Assembly: GCA_964596535.1 (NCBI GenBank)
Contig: CAZQUR010000002.1
Coordinates: 14,949-78,948, forward strand
DNA from: an uncultured Desulfobacteraceae bacterium
GTDB lineage: Bacteria; Desulfobacterota; Desulfobacteria; Desulfobacterales; UBA2156
Length of the DNA stretch: 64,000 nucleotides
Direction of reading: 5' to 3'
Below the pieces are notes generated by a model, which had not been told where the DNA came from, searched no databases, and worked only from the letters and a program-made list of their open reading frames with translations. A program made the translations under genes and the position numbers. Shown here piece by piece: positions 10,513 to 19,621 of the stretch. Position 1 is the stretch's first letter. Each line of letters opens with the position of its first letter.

Positions 10513-11503
10513 CGACAGGACACAACCGCCCCTGATTGAAAGCCGGAACCTGGTGAAACACTATTCCATCCGGGGGGGGCTGCTCATGAAAGAGGTGGCT
10601 GCGGTCAAGGCCGTGGACGGGGTTACCCTCGCCATCCAACGGGGAGAAACGTTAGGGCTGGTGGGGGAATCCGGATGCGGCAAGTCCACCTACGGGCGGG
10701 CCATTTTACGCCTGGAAGAACCCACATCGGGGGAATTGTGGTTCAATGGCGAAAACGTCCTCGCCTACCCAAAGTCCCGACTCCGGGCATTGCGCCGGGA
10801 GATGCAGATTATCTTTCAGGATCCGTTTTCCTCTTTGAACCCGCGAAAGACCGTGGCCCAGATCATCGGAGAGCCCCTTTTGGTCCATGGAGTCCGCAGC
10901 CGCCGGGAACGGGAGGAGCGGGTGGCGGAACTCATGACCCGGGTGGGATTGCAGCGGGACCAGATGCGGCGGTACCCCCACATGTTTTCCGGGGGCCAGC
11001 GCCAGCGGATCGGCGTGGCCCGGGCCCTTGCCCTCAATCCCAAGCTGGTGGTCTGTGACGAAGCGGTGTCGGCGTTGGATGTCTCCATCCAGGCCCAGGT
11101 CATCAACCTCCTTGAGGAATTGCAGACGGAATTCGGCCTGACCTATCTGTTCATCTCCCATGATCTGAGCGTCGTGGAACATGTCAGCGACCGGGTGGCC
11201 GTAATGTACCTGGGAAAGATCGTGGAGATCGCCCCGAGCAAGGCCTTGTATTCAATCCCGCTGCACCCTTACACCCAGGCCCTTTTATCCGCCGTACCGA
11301 TTCCGGATCCTTCTTTGAAACGGCCCGGCCGCATCATCCTCAAGGGGGATGTCCCGAGCCCCATCGACCCGCCTTCCGGATGCCGTTTTCATCCCCGCTG
11401 TCTTTATGCCCAAAAAATCTGCCGTGAAAAAGAACCGGCCCTTGAAGAGCACCGGCCGCGCCATTGGGCGGCCTGCTTCTTTGCAGGAGAAGCCGGCCGC
11501 TGA
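10505..11503 (+). CDS. ABC transporter ATP-binding protein (DppF/OppF-like)
   Basis: [34 protein letters not shown]-terminal oligopeptide-type Cys motif SGCRFHPRC. Overlaps the upstream gene by 8 nt. Confidence 0.9.
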   Translation: MRDDRTQPPLIESRNLVKHYSIRGGLLMKEVAAVKAVDGVTLAIQRGETLGLVGESGCGKSTYGRAILRLEEPTSGELWFNGENVLAYPKSRLRALRREMQIIFQDPFSSLNPRKTVAQIIGEPLLVHGVRSRREREERVAELMTRVGLQRDQMRRYPHMFSGGQRQRIGVARALALNPKLVVCDEAVSALDVSIQAQVINLLEELQTEFGLTYLFISHDLSVVEHVSDRVAVMYLGKIVEIAPSKALYSIPLHPYTQALLSAVPIPDPSLKRPGRIILKGDVPSPIDPPSGCRFHPRCLYAQKICREKEPALEEHRPRHWAACFFAGEAGR

Positions 11504-11565
11504 AAAGCCCTTTCTGCATTTGCCTTGGCCTTGACCCGTATCGCTTCGATTTCCAATGCGGCCGA

Positions 11566-12513
11566 TTATCGGGCCGAAAGATATCCGGCGATCGCCTTTA
11601 ATCGTTCCATGTGCTCTTTGTAGAAACGGTGGGCGTCATCCAGGGAAAGGGGCTGGAATCGGAGGGTGTCCCCGGGGGTGGCTTGGGCCACCCGGGGCAG
11701 ATCCGGGGTGATGACCGTGCCGATCTTGGCATATCCCCCCACGGTTTGTTCCACCAAAAGGATGATGGGTTGCCGGTCCGCGGGGATCTGGATCCCCCCC
11801 GGCATGGTGGGTTCGGAGATGATGCTCCGGGGCATCCCTTCCTTGATCTCAAGGGCGGGACCCTGGAGGCGGTAACCCATGCGGTCGGCTTTCGGGGTCA
11901 CCATATACGGGGATTGAAAGAGAATATCCAGGGCGGCATCAAAAAAATCGTCCTGGGGACCGGGAATGACCCGTAAGGTGATTTCCGAAGGATATGCCGG
12001 GATCCACGCTTCGGGAAGCCGCCGGGTCCGGGGTAACGGCGGCTTGGCGTCGATCTTGAGAATATCGCCGGCCTGCAGGCACCGTCCCTTATATCCGCCC
12101 AGAGACGCCCCCACATAGGTGGACCGGCTCCCCATCACCGGCGGAACGTCGATCCCGCCCCCAACGGCAAGATATCCCCGGCACCCGGTTTTGGCCTGGC
12201 CCACGGCGATCATCTCCCCGGCCTTGACCCGGACCGTTTCCCACGGGTTCGCCGGAGACTCGTTGATGAAAAGATCCATTTCCGCGCCGCACAGGGCCAT
12301 ATCCAAATCGATCAGGGCACAAAGCCGCGGACCGAGGATGGTGATCTCCAAAACGGCGCTTTCCGGAGGGTTTCCCACGAGAAGGTTGGCGATTTGACTG
12401 CTGAAGGCGTCCAGGGAACCGGAAACGGGGATGCCCGACTGCTGATAGCCGAAGCGGCCCGGGTCTTGGACCGTAATGTAGGGTCCGGGGGCCAGTACCT
12501 TAAGGGCCTCCAT
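11566..12513 (-). CDS. pxpC: 5-oxoprolinase subunit C family / biotin-dependent carboxyltransferase-like (KipA, AHS2 domain)
   Basis: MEALKVLAPGPYITVQDPGRFGYQQSGIPVSGSLD is the KipA/PxpC N-terminus. ATG 12513 overlaps the pxpB stop by 1 nt (TGATG). The track start at 12657 is an extension. Confidence 0.85.
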   Translation of the reverse strand: MEALKVLAPGPYITVQDPGRFGYQQSGIPVSGSLDAFSSQIANLLVGNPPESAVLEITILGPRLCALIDLDMALCGAEMDLFINESPANPWETVRVKAGEMIAVGQAKTGCRGYLAVGGGIDVPPVMGSRSTYVGASLGGYKGRCLQAGDILKIDAKPPLPRTRRLPEAWIPAYPSEITLRVIPGPQDDFFDAALDILFQSPYMVTPKADRMGYRLQGPALEIKEGMPRSIISEPTMPGGIQIPADRQPIILLVEQTVGGYAKIGTVITPDLPRVAQATPGDTLRFQPLSLDDAHRFYKEHMERLKAIAGYLSAR

Positions 12514-13220
12514 CAGGCGCTTTCCTCCTGCCGGATCCGGTGGTATTCCGTTTCCGGGATGGGGCGGAATCGGATCCGGTCCCCGGCCTGGTATAAAAAC
12601 GGATTCGGATCCCGGGGCCGGAAGAGTGTAAGAGGGGTCCGGCCGATAATCCGCCATCCGCCCGGGCTGGCCACCGGGTAGACGCCGGTTTGATTGTTGG
12701 CGATTCCCACGGATCCTTCGGGTACCCGGGTGCGGGGCGTTTCCAGCCTTGGGGTGTGAAGGATTTCAGGAAGCCCCCCCAGAAAAGGAAACCCCGGGGT
12801 AAACCCTACCATGTAAATGAGATATTCCGGAGCACTGTGGATCCGGATGACCTCTTCGGTATTCAATCCATGGGTTCGGGCCACAAAATCGATGTCCGGC
12901 CCGAAATCGCCGCCGTAACACACCGGAATCTCCACGCGCCTGGGATCGGGGATACGGATGCCGGAAAGCTTTTCTTCCATCTTTTCCAGCAGGCGTGACA
13001 GTGTCCCCGGTGTTACAACCAACGGATCATAAACGATCAGGATGGAGCGGTAGGTGGGAAGGATTTCCAGGATCCCCGCCGGTGTTTCTTGGGTCAAAAG
13101 GAGGGCCATAGATCGGACCTTGTGAAGCACATCAGGGTGAATGCGATCCCCGTATTCCACCAAAAGCCCCCGGTCCCCGGCGATGCGGAACCGCGCTTTT
13201 TCAAATACGCCTGTATTCAT
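12513..13220 (-). CDS. pxpB: 5-oxoprolinase subunit B family (KipI, AHS1 domain)
   Basis: FRIAGDRGLLVEYGD...VYDPL...VGFTPGFPFLGGLP...GSVGIANNQTGVYPVASPGGWRIIGRTP are KipI/PxpB hallmarks. Confidence 0.88.
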   Translation of the reverse strand: MNTGVFEKARFRIAGDRGLLVEYGDRIHPDVLHKVRSMALLLTQETPAGILEILPTYRSILIVYDPLVVTPGTLSRLLEKMEEKLSGIRIPDPRRVEIPVCYGGDFGPDIDFVARTHGLNTEEVIRIHSAPEYLIYMVGFTPGFPFLGGLPEILHTPRLETPRTRVPEGSVGIANNQTGVYPVASPGGWRIIGRTPLTLFRPRDPNPFLYQAGDRIRFRPIPETEYHRIRQEESA

Positions 13221-13238
13221 GAAGACACTGTATCCAAA

Positions 13239-14009
13239 TTATGCGCCCATGGGGCGGATCTCGATCCCTTCGGCTTCCAGGGTCTCCCGGATGCTTCTGA
13301 CCAGGTCCACGGCCGAAGGAGTGTCTCCGTGGACACACAAAGTGTGCACCTCCAGGGGGATCACGGTGCCGTCTTCGGCGACAACCTTGTTTTCTTTGGC
13401 CATGATCAGGGCCCGTTCGGCGACGTATTTCGGATCGTGGATCACCGCGCCGGGCTTTTTCCGGGAGACCAGGGTCCCTTCAGGGGTATACGCCCGATCC
13501 GGAAAGGCTTCGTAGACCACGTTCAGGCCTACGGTTTCTCCGATGGTGCGCATCCGTTTCCCCTTCGCGCCGGCCAGGGCCACGTACAACAGTTCCGGAT
13601 CCACGGAGACGACGGCCTCGGCCACCGCTTTGGCCACGGTTTCGTTTTCCACCGCGGTGAGATACAGGGCGCCGTGGGGTTTGACATGGCGCAGCCGCGT
13701 GCCGTGGGCGGCGCAGAAGGCCTGAAGGGCCCCGATCTGATAAATCAGGTAATTTCGGATCTCTTCGGGGGTGCAATCCATGTTGCGGCGGCCGAACCCC
13801 ATCAAGTCCGGATATCCGGGATGGACGCCGATCCCGACCCCGTGGGCCTTGGCCATTTTGACCGTATGTCCCATCACTGATGCATCGCCCGCATGCCAGC
13901 CGCAGGCGATATTGGCTGAAGAGACGTACCGGATCACGGCCTCGTCCATGCCCAGCGTGTAGGCGCCGAAGCTTTCCCCCATGTCGCAGTTGAGATCGAT
14001 GTACGTCAC
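13239..14009 (-). CDS. pxpA: 5-oxoprolinase subunit A (LamB/YcsF lactam hydrolase family)
   Basis: IDLNCDMGESFG...ANIACGWHAGD...VKPHGALY motifs. Confidence 0.9.
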   Translation of the reverse strand: MTYIDLNCDMGESFGAYTLGMDEAVIRYVSSANIACGWHAGDASVMGHTVKMAKAHGVGIGVHPGYPDLMGFGRRNMDCTPEEIRNYLIYQIGALQAFCAAHGTRLRHVKPHGALYLTAVENETVAKAVAEAVVSVDPELLYVALAGAKGKRMRTIGETVGLNVVYEAFPDRAYTPEGTLVSRKKPGAVIHDPKYVAERALIMAKENKVVAEDGTVIPLEVHTLCVHGDTPSAVDLVRSIRETLEAEGIEIRPMGA

Positions 14010-14021
14010 ATCCCTCCTCCT

Positions 14022-15332
14022 TTACTTCACGGTCATGAGTTTCGGCAGATACAGGGCGATTTCCGGAAAGACCGTTAAAATGGCGGTGGTCAGCAACATC
14101 AAAAAGAAAAACGGGAGCGCGTGCCGGGCGATGTTCAAAATCGGTTCTTCCGTTAATCCCTGGATGACAAAGAGATTGAATCCCACGGGCGGGGTGATCT
14201 GGCTGACTTCCACCATGAGGATCAGATAAATCCCGAACCAGATGGGATCAAATCCTGCGGCGGTGACCATGGGCAGCGCGATGGGAAGCGTCATCACCAC
14301 AATGGAAAAACCGTCCAAAAGGCACCCCAAAACGATATACACCCCTCCCAGAAGGATCATAAGGGCGTAAGGGGATAAATCCATTTCGATGATGGCTGTG
14401 GTGATGGCGGCGGGGATTCCCAGAAATCCCATGACCCGGGATAAAAAGCCGGCGCCCATTACGATGAGCATGATCATGGCGTTGGTTTTTACGGCGCCCA
14501 CCAGGCATTCCAAAAGAATCTTCGGATTCATCCGGCGGTTGATGCACGCGAACAGGAAGGCGCCCAGCACCCCGAGGGCGGCGGCTTCCGTTGGGGTGGC
14601 GATGCCGGCATAGATGCTCCCCAGGACCATGAGGATCAGGATCAAGGTGGGGGCCAAATCCTTCATGGCGACCAAACGATGTCTCCATGTATAGTGTTCC
14701 CGGGCCCTGGGGGCGATGTTCGGGTTCCGCAATCCCCGGTAGATGATATAGCCGGAATAAATACTCGAAAGGAGGAGGCCCGGCAAAATGCCGGCCATGA
14801 ACATTTTACCGATGGAGACCTCGGCCAAAATGGCGTAGACGATCATGATCAACGACGGGGGAATGAGAAATCCCAGGGTTCCGGCCCCGGCCAAAGAGCC
14901 CATGGCGAGGCGACGGTCGTATCCCAGGCGGTCCAGTTCGGCCAGGGTGATCCGGCCCACCGTGGCGGTGGTGGCGGCGCTGGACCCGGAAACGGCGGCA
15001 AAAAGAGTGCACGATAAAATATTCATGAGGAGCAGCCCCCCGGGGAGCCGGTACAGCCAGGGGACCAGGGCGTTGAAAAGCCTTTCGGAGATGCCGGATC
15101 GGAACAATATTTCCCCCATGAGGATGAAAAGGGGAAGCGCCACGTATTCCCACTTTTCAATGGTGGCCCAGATGGAAGAGGCGATGTTGTTCCCCGCGGG
15201 CAACGTACTGAAAAACGTCATCCCCACAAAGCCGACGATGAAAAGGGAAAACCCCACCCAAATGCCCGATCCTAAGGCCAGGAAAAGCACCCCGAAGACC
15301 AAAAGACTCATGTGGGTCATGTTGGCGTCCAT
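14022..15332 (-). CDS. dctM: TRAP transporter large permease
   Basis: Polytopic DctM-type sequence. ATG 15332 overlaps the dctQ stop (TGATG). The track start at 15443 is an extension. Confidence 0.9.
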   Translation of the reverse strand: MDANMTHMSLLVFGVLFLALGSGIWVGFSLFIVGFVGMTFFSTLPAGNNIASSIWATIEKWEYVALPLFILMGEILFRSGISERLFNALVPWLYRLPGGLLLMNILSCTLFAAVSGSSAATTATVGRITLAELDRLGYDRRLAMGSLAGAGTLGFLIPPSLIMIVYAILAEVSIGKMFMAGILPGLLLSSIYSGYIIYRGLRNPNIAPRAREHYTWRHRLVAMKDLAPTLILILMVLGSIYAGIATPTEAAALGVLGAFLFACINRRMNPKILLECLVGAVKTNAMIMLIVMGAGFLSRVMGFLGIPAAITTAIIEMDLSPYALMILLGGVYIVLGCLLDGFSIVVMTLPIALPMVTAAGFDPIWFGIYLILMVEVSQITPPVGFNLFVIQGLTEEPILNIARHALPFFFLMLLTTAILTVFPEIALYLPKLMTVK

Positions 15333-15835
15333 CAGATCACATTCTCTCCGGTGCCGATGGCCGCATACGTTTTCAAGGTGATGCCCACCAGTTGCATGAA
15401 AAAGGCCGCCGCGCCGACCAGCATGAACACCTGGGGGATCCACAACGGGGTATGGGTCAGGGTGCCGGACGTGGAATGGTAATGGTACGTCGTGGCCACC
15501 ATTTTAAAAAGGTACCATCCCATGTACCCCATGAAGGCGGTGGTGACGGCGGTTCCGATGAACGTGACGATGCGGGCGGCTTTATCCGGTAAAAACGTCA
15601 GAATCAACGTGATTCGGATATGCCCCTTTTCTTTCAGGCAATATCCCGCGCCGAGGAAGATAATGGCCGCAAGTCCGTAGGCGGAGTATTCATCGGCGAT
15701 GAGGGTGGTTTTCTGAAAAAAATTCCATAAAAAGATTTCAAAAAGGATGAGGAGCGTCATCAGTCCCAACAGGATCCCCGAAAAGACGGCCAGGGCGTTG
15801 CTCAGCTTTTCCGTTACCTTGATGATGGTGTGCAT
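15332..15835 (-). CDS. dctQ: TRAP transporter small permease
   Basis: 167-aa protein with about four hydrophobic TM-like segments by eye, lying between dctP and dctM. Confidence 0.85.
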   Translation of the reverse strand: MHTIIKVTEKLSNALAVFSGILLGLMTLLILFEIFLWNFFQKTTLIADEYSAYGLAAIIFLGAGYCLKEKGHIRITLILTFLPDKAARIVTFIGTAVTTAFMGYMGWYLFKMVATTYHYHSTSGTLTHTPLWIPQVFMLVGAAAFFMQLVGITLKTYAAIGTGENVI

Positions 15836-15909
15836 GTCGGCTTTCGAAGACGGGAGCGGCGGTTTTGCCGCTCCCGTGGATTGGCGGATTCGCGCTTATA
15901 TCAATGCGC

Positions 15910-16902
15910 TTATTTTCTTCCCGTGATGCGGTAATATTCCTCCAGGATTTTTTTGGCGTCTTTCCCTGCTTTTTCGACCCATGCTTTCCGGAGTTGTTCG
16001 CCGATGGCGGAGAGTTCTTTCCGGAAGGCCTTACTGACCGGATTGATGATCATGCCGTTTTCCTGCAAGGTCGCCCGGCTCTTGCGGTCCATATCCCCGG
16101 CCAGTTCCCACATTTCGTTTTCCATGTCTTCGGCGATCTCGAGGACCTTTTCCTGGATGTCGGCGGGGAGCTTGTTCCAGGCGTCCAGGTTCACATTGAA
16201 CATGTTCACGGGACCCACAATATTGATGGGCGTAAAGTATTTAAGGACTTCCCAGGCCTTGGCGTCCACCCCGGAAACGGAGGAGGTATACATGGAATCC
16301 AAAAGCCCGGCTTTCATGGCGGGATAGACCTCGGAAAAGGGCATCTTTCGGGCCGCGATGCCGGTGGCCTCCCCGAAGGCAAGGCCGGTGCCGTCATAGA
16401 CGCGCATTTTCAGCCCCTTGAGATCCGCGGCGGTCCGGGTGGGGCGCTGGGTATAAATCCCGGAAAAGGGCCACACCGAGGAATACAACGTGAACTGATT
16501 GAACTTTTTCAGCACCTTTGCGTAGGTGGGTTTGGCCAGTTGATACAAAAGCCGCTGTTCGAACGCATTGGTGGAGATAAAGGGCTGGGCCGTCAACGCC
16601 AGAACCGGCGCATCCCCTTCCACCATGCCCGTGGGGACCTCCGCGATGACCAATTGCCCTTCGGCCAAGGCCCGGAGGAGTTCCGGACCTTTGAATCCCA
16701 GGGCCGCCCCCGGATGCAAGACGATGTTGAGTTCACCGTTGGTGGCTTCCCTGACTCGGTCGGCGAACCGCTGGGCCCCTTTGGAATGAAAATTTCCGGC
16801 GGGATAATTCAAGTGACAGTCCCACTTGATTTCTGCAATTGCATCCATGGCCCCGCCGGCGACAAAAATGAGACAAACCAGGATCAAAACCGATCTTTTC
16901 AT
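15910..16902 (-). CDS. dctP: TRAP transporter substrate-binding protein (DctP family)
   Basis: Signal peptide MKRSVLILVCLIFVAGGAMDA followed by a DctP-like fold sequence (FADRVREATNGELNIVLHPGAALG). Confidence 0.88.
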   Translation of the reverse strand: MKRSVLILVCLIFVAGGAMDAIAEIKWDCHLNYPAGNFHSKGAQRFADRVREATNGELNIVLHPGAALGFKGPELLRALAEGQLVIAEVPTGMVEGDAPVLALTAQPFISTNAFEQRLLYQLAKPTYAKVLKKFNQFTLYSSVWPFSGIYTQRPTRTAADLKGLKMRVYDGTGLAFGEATGIAARKMPFSEVYPAMKAGLLDSMYTSSVSGVDAKAWEVLKYFTPINIVGPVNMFNVNLDAWNKLPADIQEKVLEIAEDMENEMWELAGDMDRKSRATLQENGMIINPVSKAFRKELSAIGEQLRKAWVEKAGKDAKKILEEYYRITGRK

Positions 16903-16944
16903 TTTTTCCTCCTTGTATGCTTTGGGTTGTGGGTTGAAAGGGGA

Positions 16945-17649
16945 TCAGGCACGCATGAAAAAAAGAAAAATCCGATGTCGAAACGCCTGGATATGTTCCA
17001 AGAGCACGTCGACCAGGGCGTCTTCATCCCTTTTTTCCAGGAGCCGGATGATGGTCTCGTGTTCCTTCAATACGGACTCGTAATGGGTTTTCAGGGACCG
17101 ATCCGGTTCGATATCGTTGGCATAAGACAAGTAGGAAAGACGCTGGGCCTCTGTGCGCACCTCCCCGATGTACCGGATGAAATAGGCGTTGAAGGTGCAT
17201 TGGGCGAAATCCAAGTGGAATTCATGATTGGCTTCCACGAGGCGCAACGGATCCCCCCTTTCCACGGCCGCCTTCATGGCGGTGTTGGCCGTTTCCATGC
17301 GTGGCAAAATGGATGAGACATCCTGTCGGACCGCCAGCTTCACCGCTCCGGTTTCCAGCACTTTCATGGCCTCGAAAACCGCACGGGTGTTTTCAAGGGT
17401 GATGGGCCGGACCATAAACCCCTTGCTGGGCTTGGATTCCACGAATTTTTCTCCGGTCAGGCGCAACAACGCTTCCCGGATGGGGGTGCGCCCCATGCCC
17501 AGGTGTTCCATGAGTTCTTTTTCTTCAAGGCTCTGGCCGGGCTTGTAATCGAGGGTGATGATCTTTTGTTGGATCTTTTCGTAGGCGGCGACACCGAGGG
17601 GTTGCCGGTTTCCTGGTTTTTCGGAAATCGCTTTCATGGATCCTTTCAC
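16945..17649 (-). CDS. GntR family transcriptional regulator (FadR/FCD subfamily)
   Basis: wHTH region PGQSLEEKELMEHLGMGRTPIREALLRLTGEKFV plus an alpha-helical FCD-like C-terminus. First gene of the TRAP-pxp operon. Confidence 0.88.
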   Translation of the reverse strand: MKGSMKAISEKPGNRQPLGVAAYEKIQQKIITLDYKPGQSLEEKELMEHLGMGRTPIREALLRLTGEKFVESKPSKGFMVRPITLENTRAVFEAMKVLETGAVKLAVRQDVSSILPRMETANTAMKAAVERGDPLRLVEANHEFHLDFAQCTFNAYFIRYIGEVRTEAQRLSYLSYANDIEPDRSLKTHYESVLKEHETIIRLLEKRDEDALVDVLLEHIQAFRHRIFLFFMRA

Positions 17650-17682
17650 GGCGTCCGTTTCCGTTGATGGCGTGCCTTTTAT

Positions 17683-17723
17683 AATATACTTGACATATTT
17701 AAAAAATATATGTCAAGTATATT
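17683..17723. promoter_or_regulatory. perfect inverted repeat (16-bp arms, 9-bp AT spacer), candidate GntR operator in divergent promoter region
   Basis: AATATACTTGACATAT-ttaaaaaat-ATATGTCAAGTATATT. Each arm contains TTGACA on its own strand. Lies 34 nt upstream of the gntR start codon (17649) and about 210 nt upstream of the BCCP start. Confidence 0.6.
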
Positions 17724-17931
17724 TTTCCGGTCAAAGTTGACGAACTCGTAAAAAGCCGAAATTGGGATGGCAAAGTAAAAAGGTCCAGATGCAAGGCGCG
17801 CAAATTCTGAGGAATGAGGCGTACTTACAGGTACGCCGCAATGACGAAGAATGCCGCGCAACGCCGCAGGTGGCCTTTTTACGAAGCCATCAAAGTTGCT
17901 TGATAATGTTGAACGCAAGAAAGGATGCCGG

Positions 17932-18183
17932 ATGACCGCTGAAACGCATGTCGTGAAATCCCCGCTGATGGGCACCTTTTACCGCACCCCTTCTCCGGAT
18001 GAAAAACCGTTTGTGGAACAAGGTCAACGGGTGAATGCAGCGGACGTGGTCTGCATCATCGAATCCATGAAGGTCTTCACGGAGCTTCGGGCCGGGCGGC
18101 CCGGTGTGGTGAAACGGATATTGGTGGAAAACGAAGAACTGGTGATGAAAAACCAGGATCTCATGGAAATCGAAATCAACTGA
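17932..18183 (+). CDS. biotin carboxyl carrier protein, short form (biotinyl domain only)
   Basis: KSPLMGTFYRTPSPDEKPFVEQGQRVNAADVVCIIESMKVFTEL closely parallels the AccB C-terminal domain with the biotinyl-Lys in ESMKV. ATG 17932 is preceded by AAAGGA. About 83 aa, so no AccB N-terminal domain. Confidence 0.85.
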   Translation: MTAETHVVKSPLMGTFYRTPSPDEKPFVEQGQRVNAADVVCIIESMKVFTELRAGRPGVVKRILVENEELVMKNQDLMEIEIN

Positions 18184-18208
18184 CGGGATCAAGAAAGACG
18201 GAATCGCC

Positions 18209-19543
18209 GTGTTCCAAAAAATTCTCATCGCCAATCGGGGAGAGATCGCCCTGCGGGTGATTCGGGCCTGCCGGGACCTGGGTGTTCGTGCCGTGGCCGT
18301 CTATTCGGACGCCGACCAGGAGTCCCTGCATGTGCGTTTGGCGGATGAGGCCGTTCCCATCGGGCCGGCCCTCAGCCGCAAAAGCTATCTCAACATGGAC
18401 GCCCTCCTGGAAGCGGCTCGGAAAAGCCGTGCGGACGCCGTCCATCCGGGATACGGCTTTTTGGCGGAAAACCCGGGATTCGCCCGCGCATGCGAAGACG
18501 CCGGCATCGCCTTCATCGGACCGAGTCCCGAGTGCATGGCACTGGCGGGGAACAAAGCCAAGGCCCGGAAGCACCTCATGACAAAAGGGGTCCCGGTGAT
18601 TCCGGGATCCGAAGGTCCCGTGGCAACGGCGGCGCACGCGCTGGACGCCGCCGAGGATGTGGGGTACCCGGTCATCCTGAAGGCGTCCGGCGGCGGCGGC
18701 GGGAAGGGGATGCGGATCGCCCGGGATGCAAAATCGCTCTCGGAGGTCTTTCCGGTGGCCGCGGGAGAGGCCAAGGCCGCCTTCGATCTCCCGGAGCTTT
18801 ATCTGGAAAAATACATGGAAAGGTCGCGCCACATCGAAGTCCAGGTCTTTTCCGATCTTTTCGGAAACGCCGTTCATCTGGGGGAACGGGAATGCAGCAT
18901 CCAGAAACGGCACCAGAAACTCATAGAGGAATCCCCTTCTCCTTTCGTGGATGCCGCACTCCGGGAAAAGATGGGGGATACGGCCTTGACTGTTGTTCGG
19001 TCCCTGGGATACACCAATGCCGGGACCGTGGAGTTCCTCGTCGCACCGGATGGCGCCTTTTACTTCATGGAGATGAACGCCCGGATCCAGGTGGAGCATC
19101 CGGTGACCGAGATGACCACAGGCATCGACCTGGTCTGCCGGCAGATCCGTATTGCATCCGGAGAGGCGCTTTTGCTTTCCCAGAAAAGGATTCGACCCCA
19201 CGGGTGGGCCCTGGAATGCCGGATCAATGCCGAAGACCCCGATGACGGGTTCATGCCGTCCCCGGGAACGGTGGAGGAACTGGTCCTTCCGGGGGGCCCC
19301 GGGATCCGGGTGGACACGCACCTGTATCCGGGATACACGGTCCCGCCCTTTTATGATTCCCTGGTATGCAAGGTCATCGCCTGGGGAAAGGACCGCCCCA
19401 CGGCCATTTCCCGGATGCGGCGGGCCTTGTTCGAGGTGCACACCAAGGGGATTCAAAACACCGTTTCGTTTCATGAAACGATTTTGACCCATCCGGATTT
19501 CATCCAAGGGCGCCTCCACACTCGCTTCCTGGAGATGTTGTAG
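18209..19543 (+). CDS. accC: biotin carboxylase (ATP-grasp)
   Basis: MFQKILIANRGEIALRVIRACRDLG...HPGYGFLAEN...GGGGKGMR...EMNARIQVEHPVTE canonical BC motifs. Confidence 0.92.
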   Translation: MFQKILIANRGEIALRVIRACRDLGVRAVAVYSDADQESLHVRLADEAVPIGPALSRKSYLNMDALLEAARKSRADAVHPGYGFLAENPGFARACEDAGIAFIGPSPECMALAGNKAKARKHLMTKGVPVIPGSEGPVATAAHALDAAEDVGYPVILKASGGGGGKGMRIARDAKSLSEVFPVAAGEAKAAFDLPELYLEKYMERSRHIEVQVFSDLFGNAVHLGERECSIQKRHQKLIEESPSPFVDAALREKMGDTALTVVRSLGYTNAGTVEFLVAPDGAFYFMEMNARIQVEHPVTEMTTGIDLVCRQIRIASGEALLLSQKRIRPHGWALECRINAEDPDDGFMPSPGTVEELVLPGGPGIRVDTHLYPGYTVPPFYDSLVCKVIAWGKDRPTAISRMRRALFEVHTKGIQNTVSFHETILTHPDFIQGRLHTRFLEML

Positions 19544-19621
19544 GGTTCGCTCTTTTTCAGGAATTGCATTTTCCCTTCGACGACGGTAAAACCGGATGGA
19601 ATCGAAAAAAAGGAGGTCCGC

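Noticed and set aside
17724-17931. Guanidine-I (ykkC) or other known riboswitch upstream of the BCCP/BC genes. This was considered because urea/guanidine carboxylase genes are classic ykkC targets.
   Set aside because: Only a loose GGTCCAGA resemblance to the conserved GGUCCGAGAG segment. The hallmark CUAGGGUUCCG and ACGG.GGGA elements are absent as far as I can see. It would need an Infernal scan to settle.
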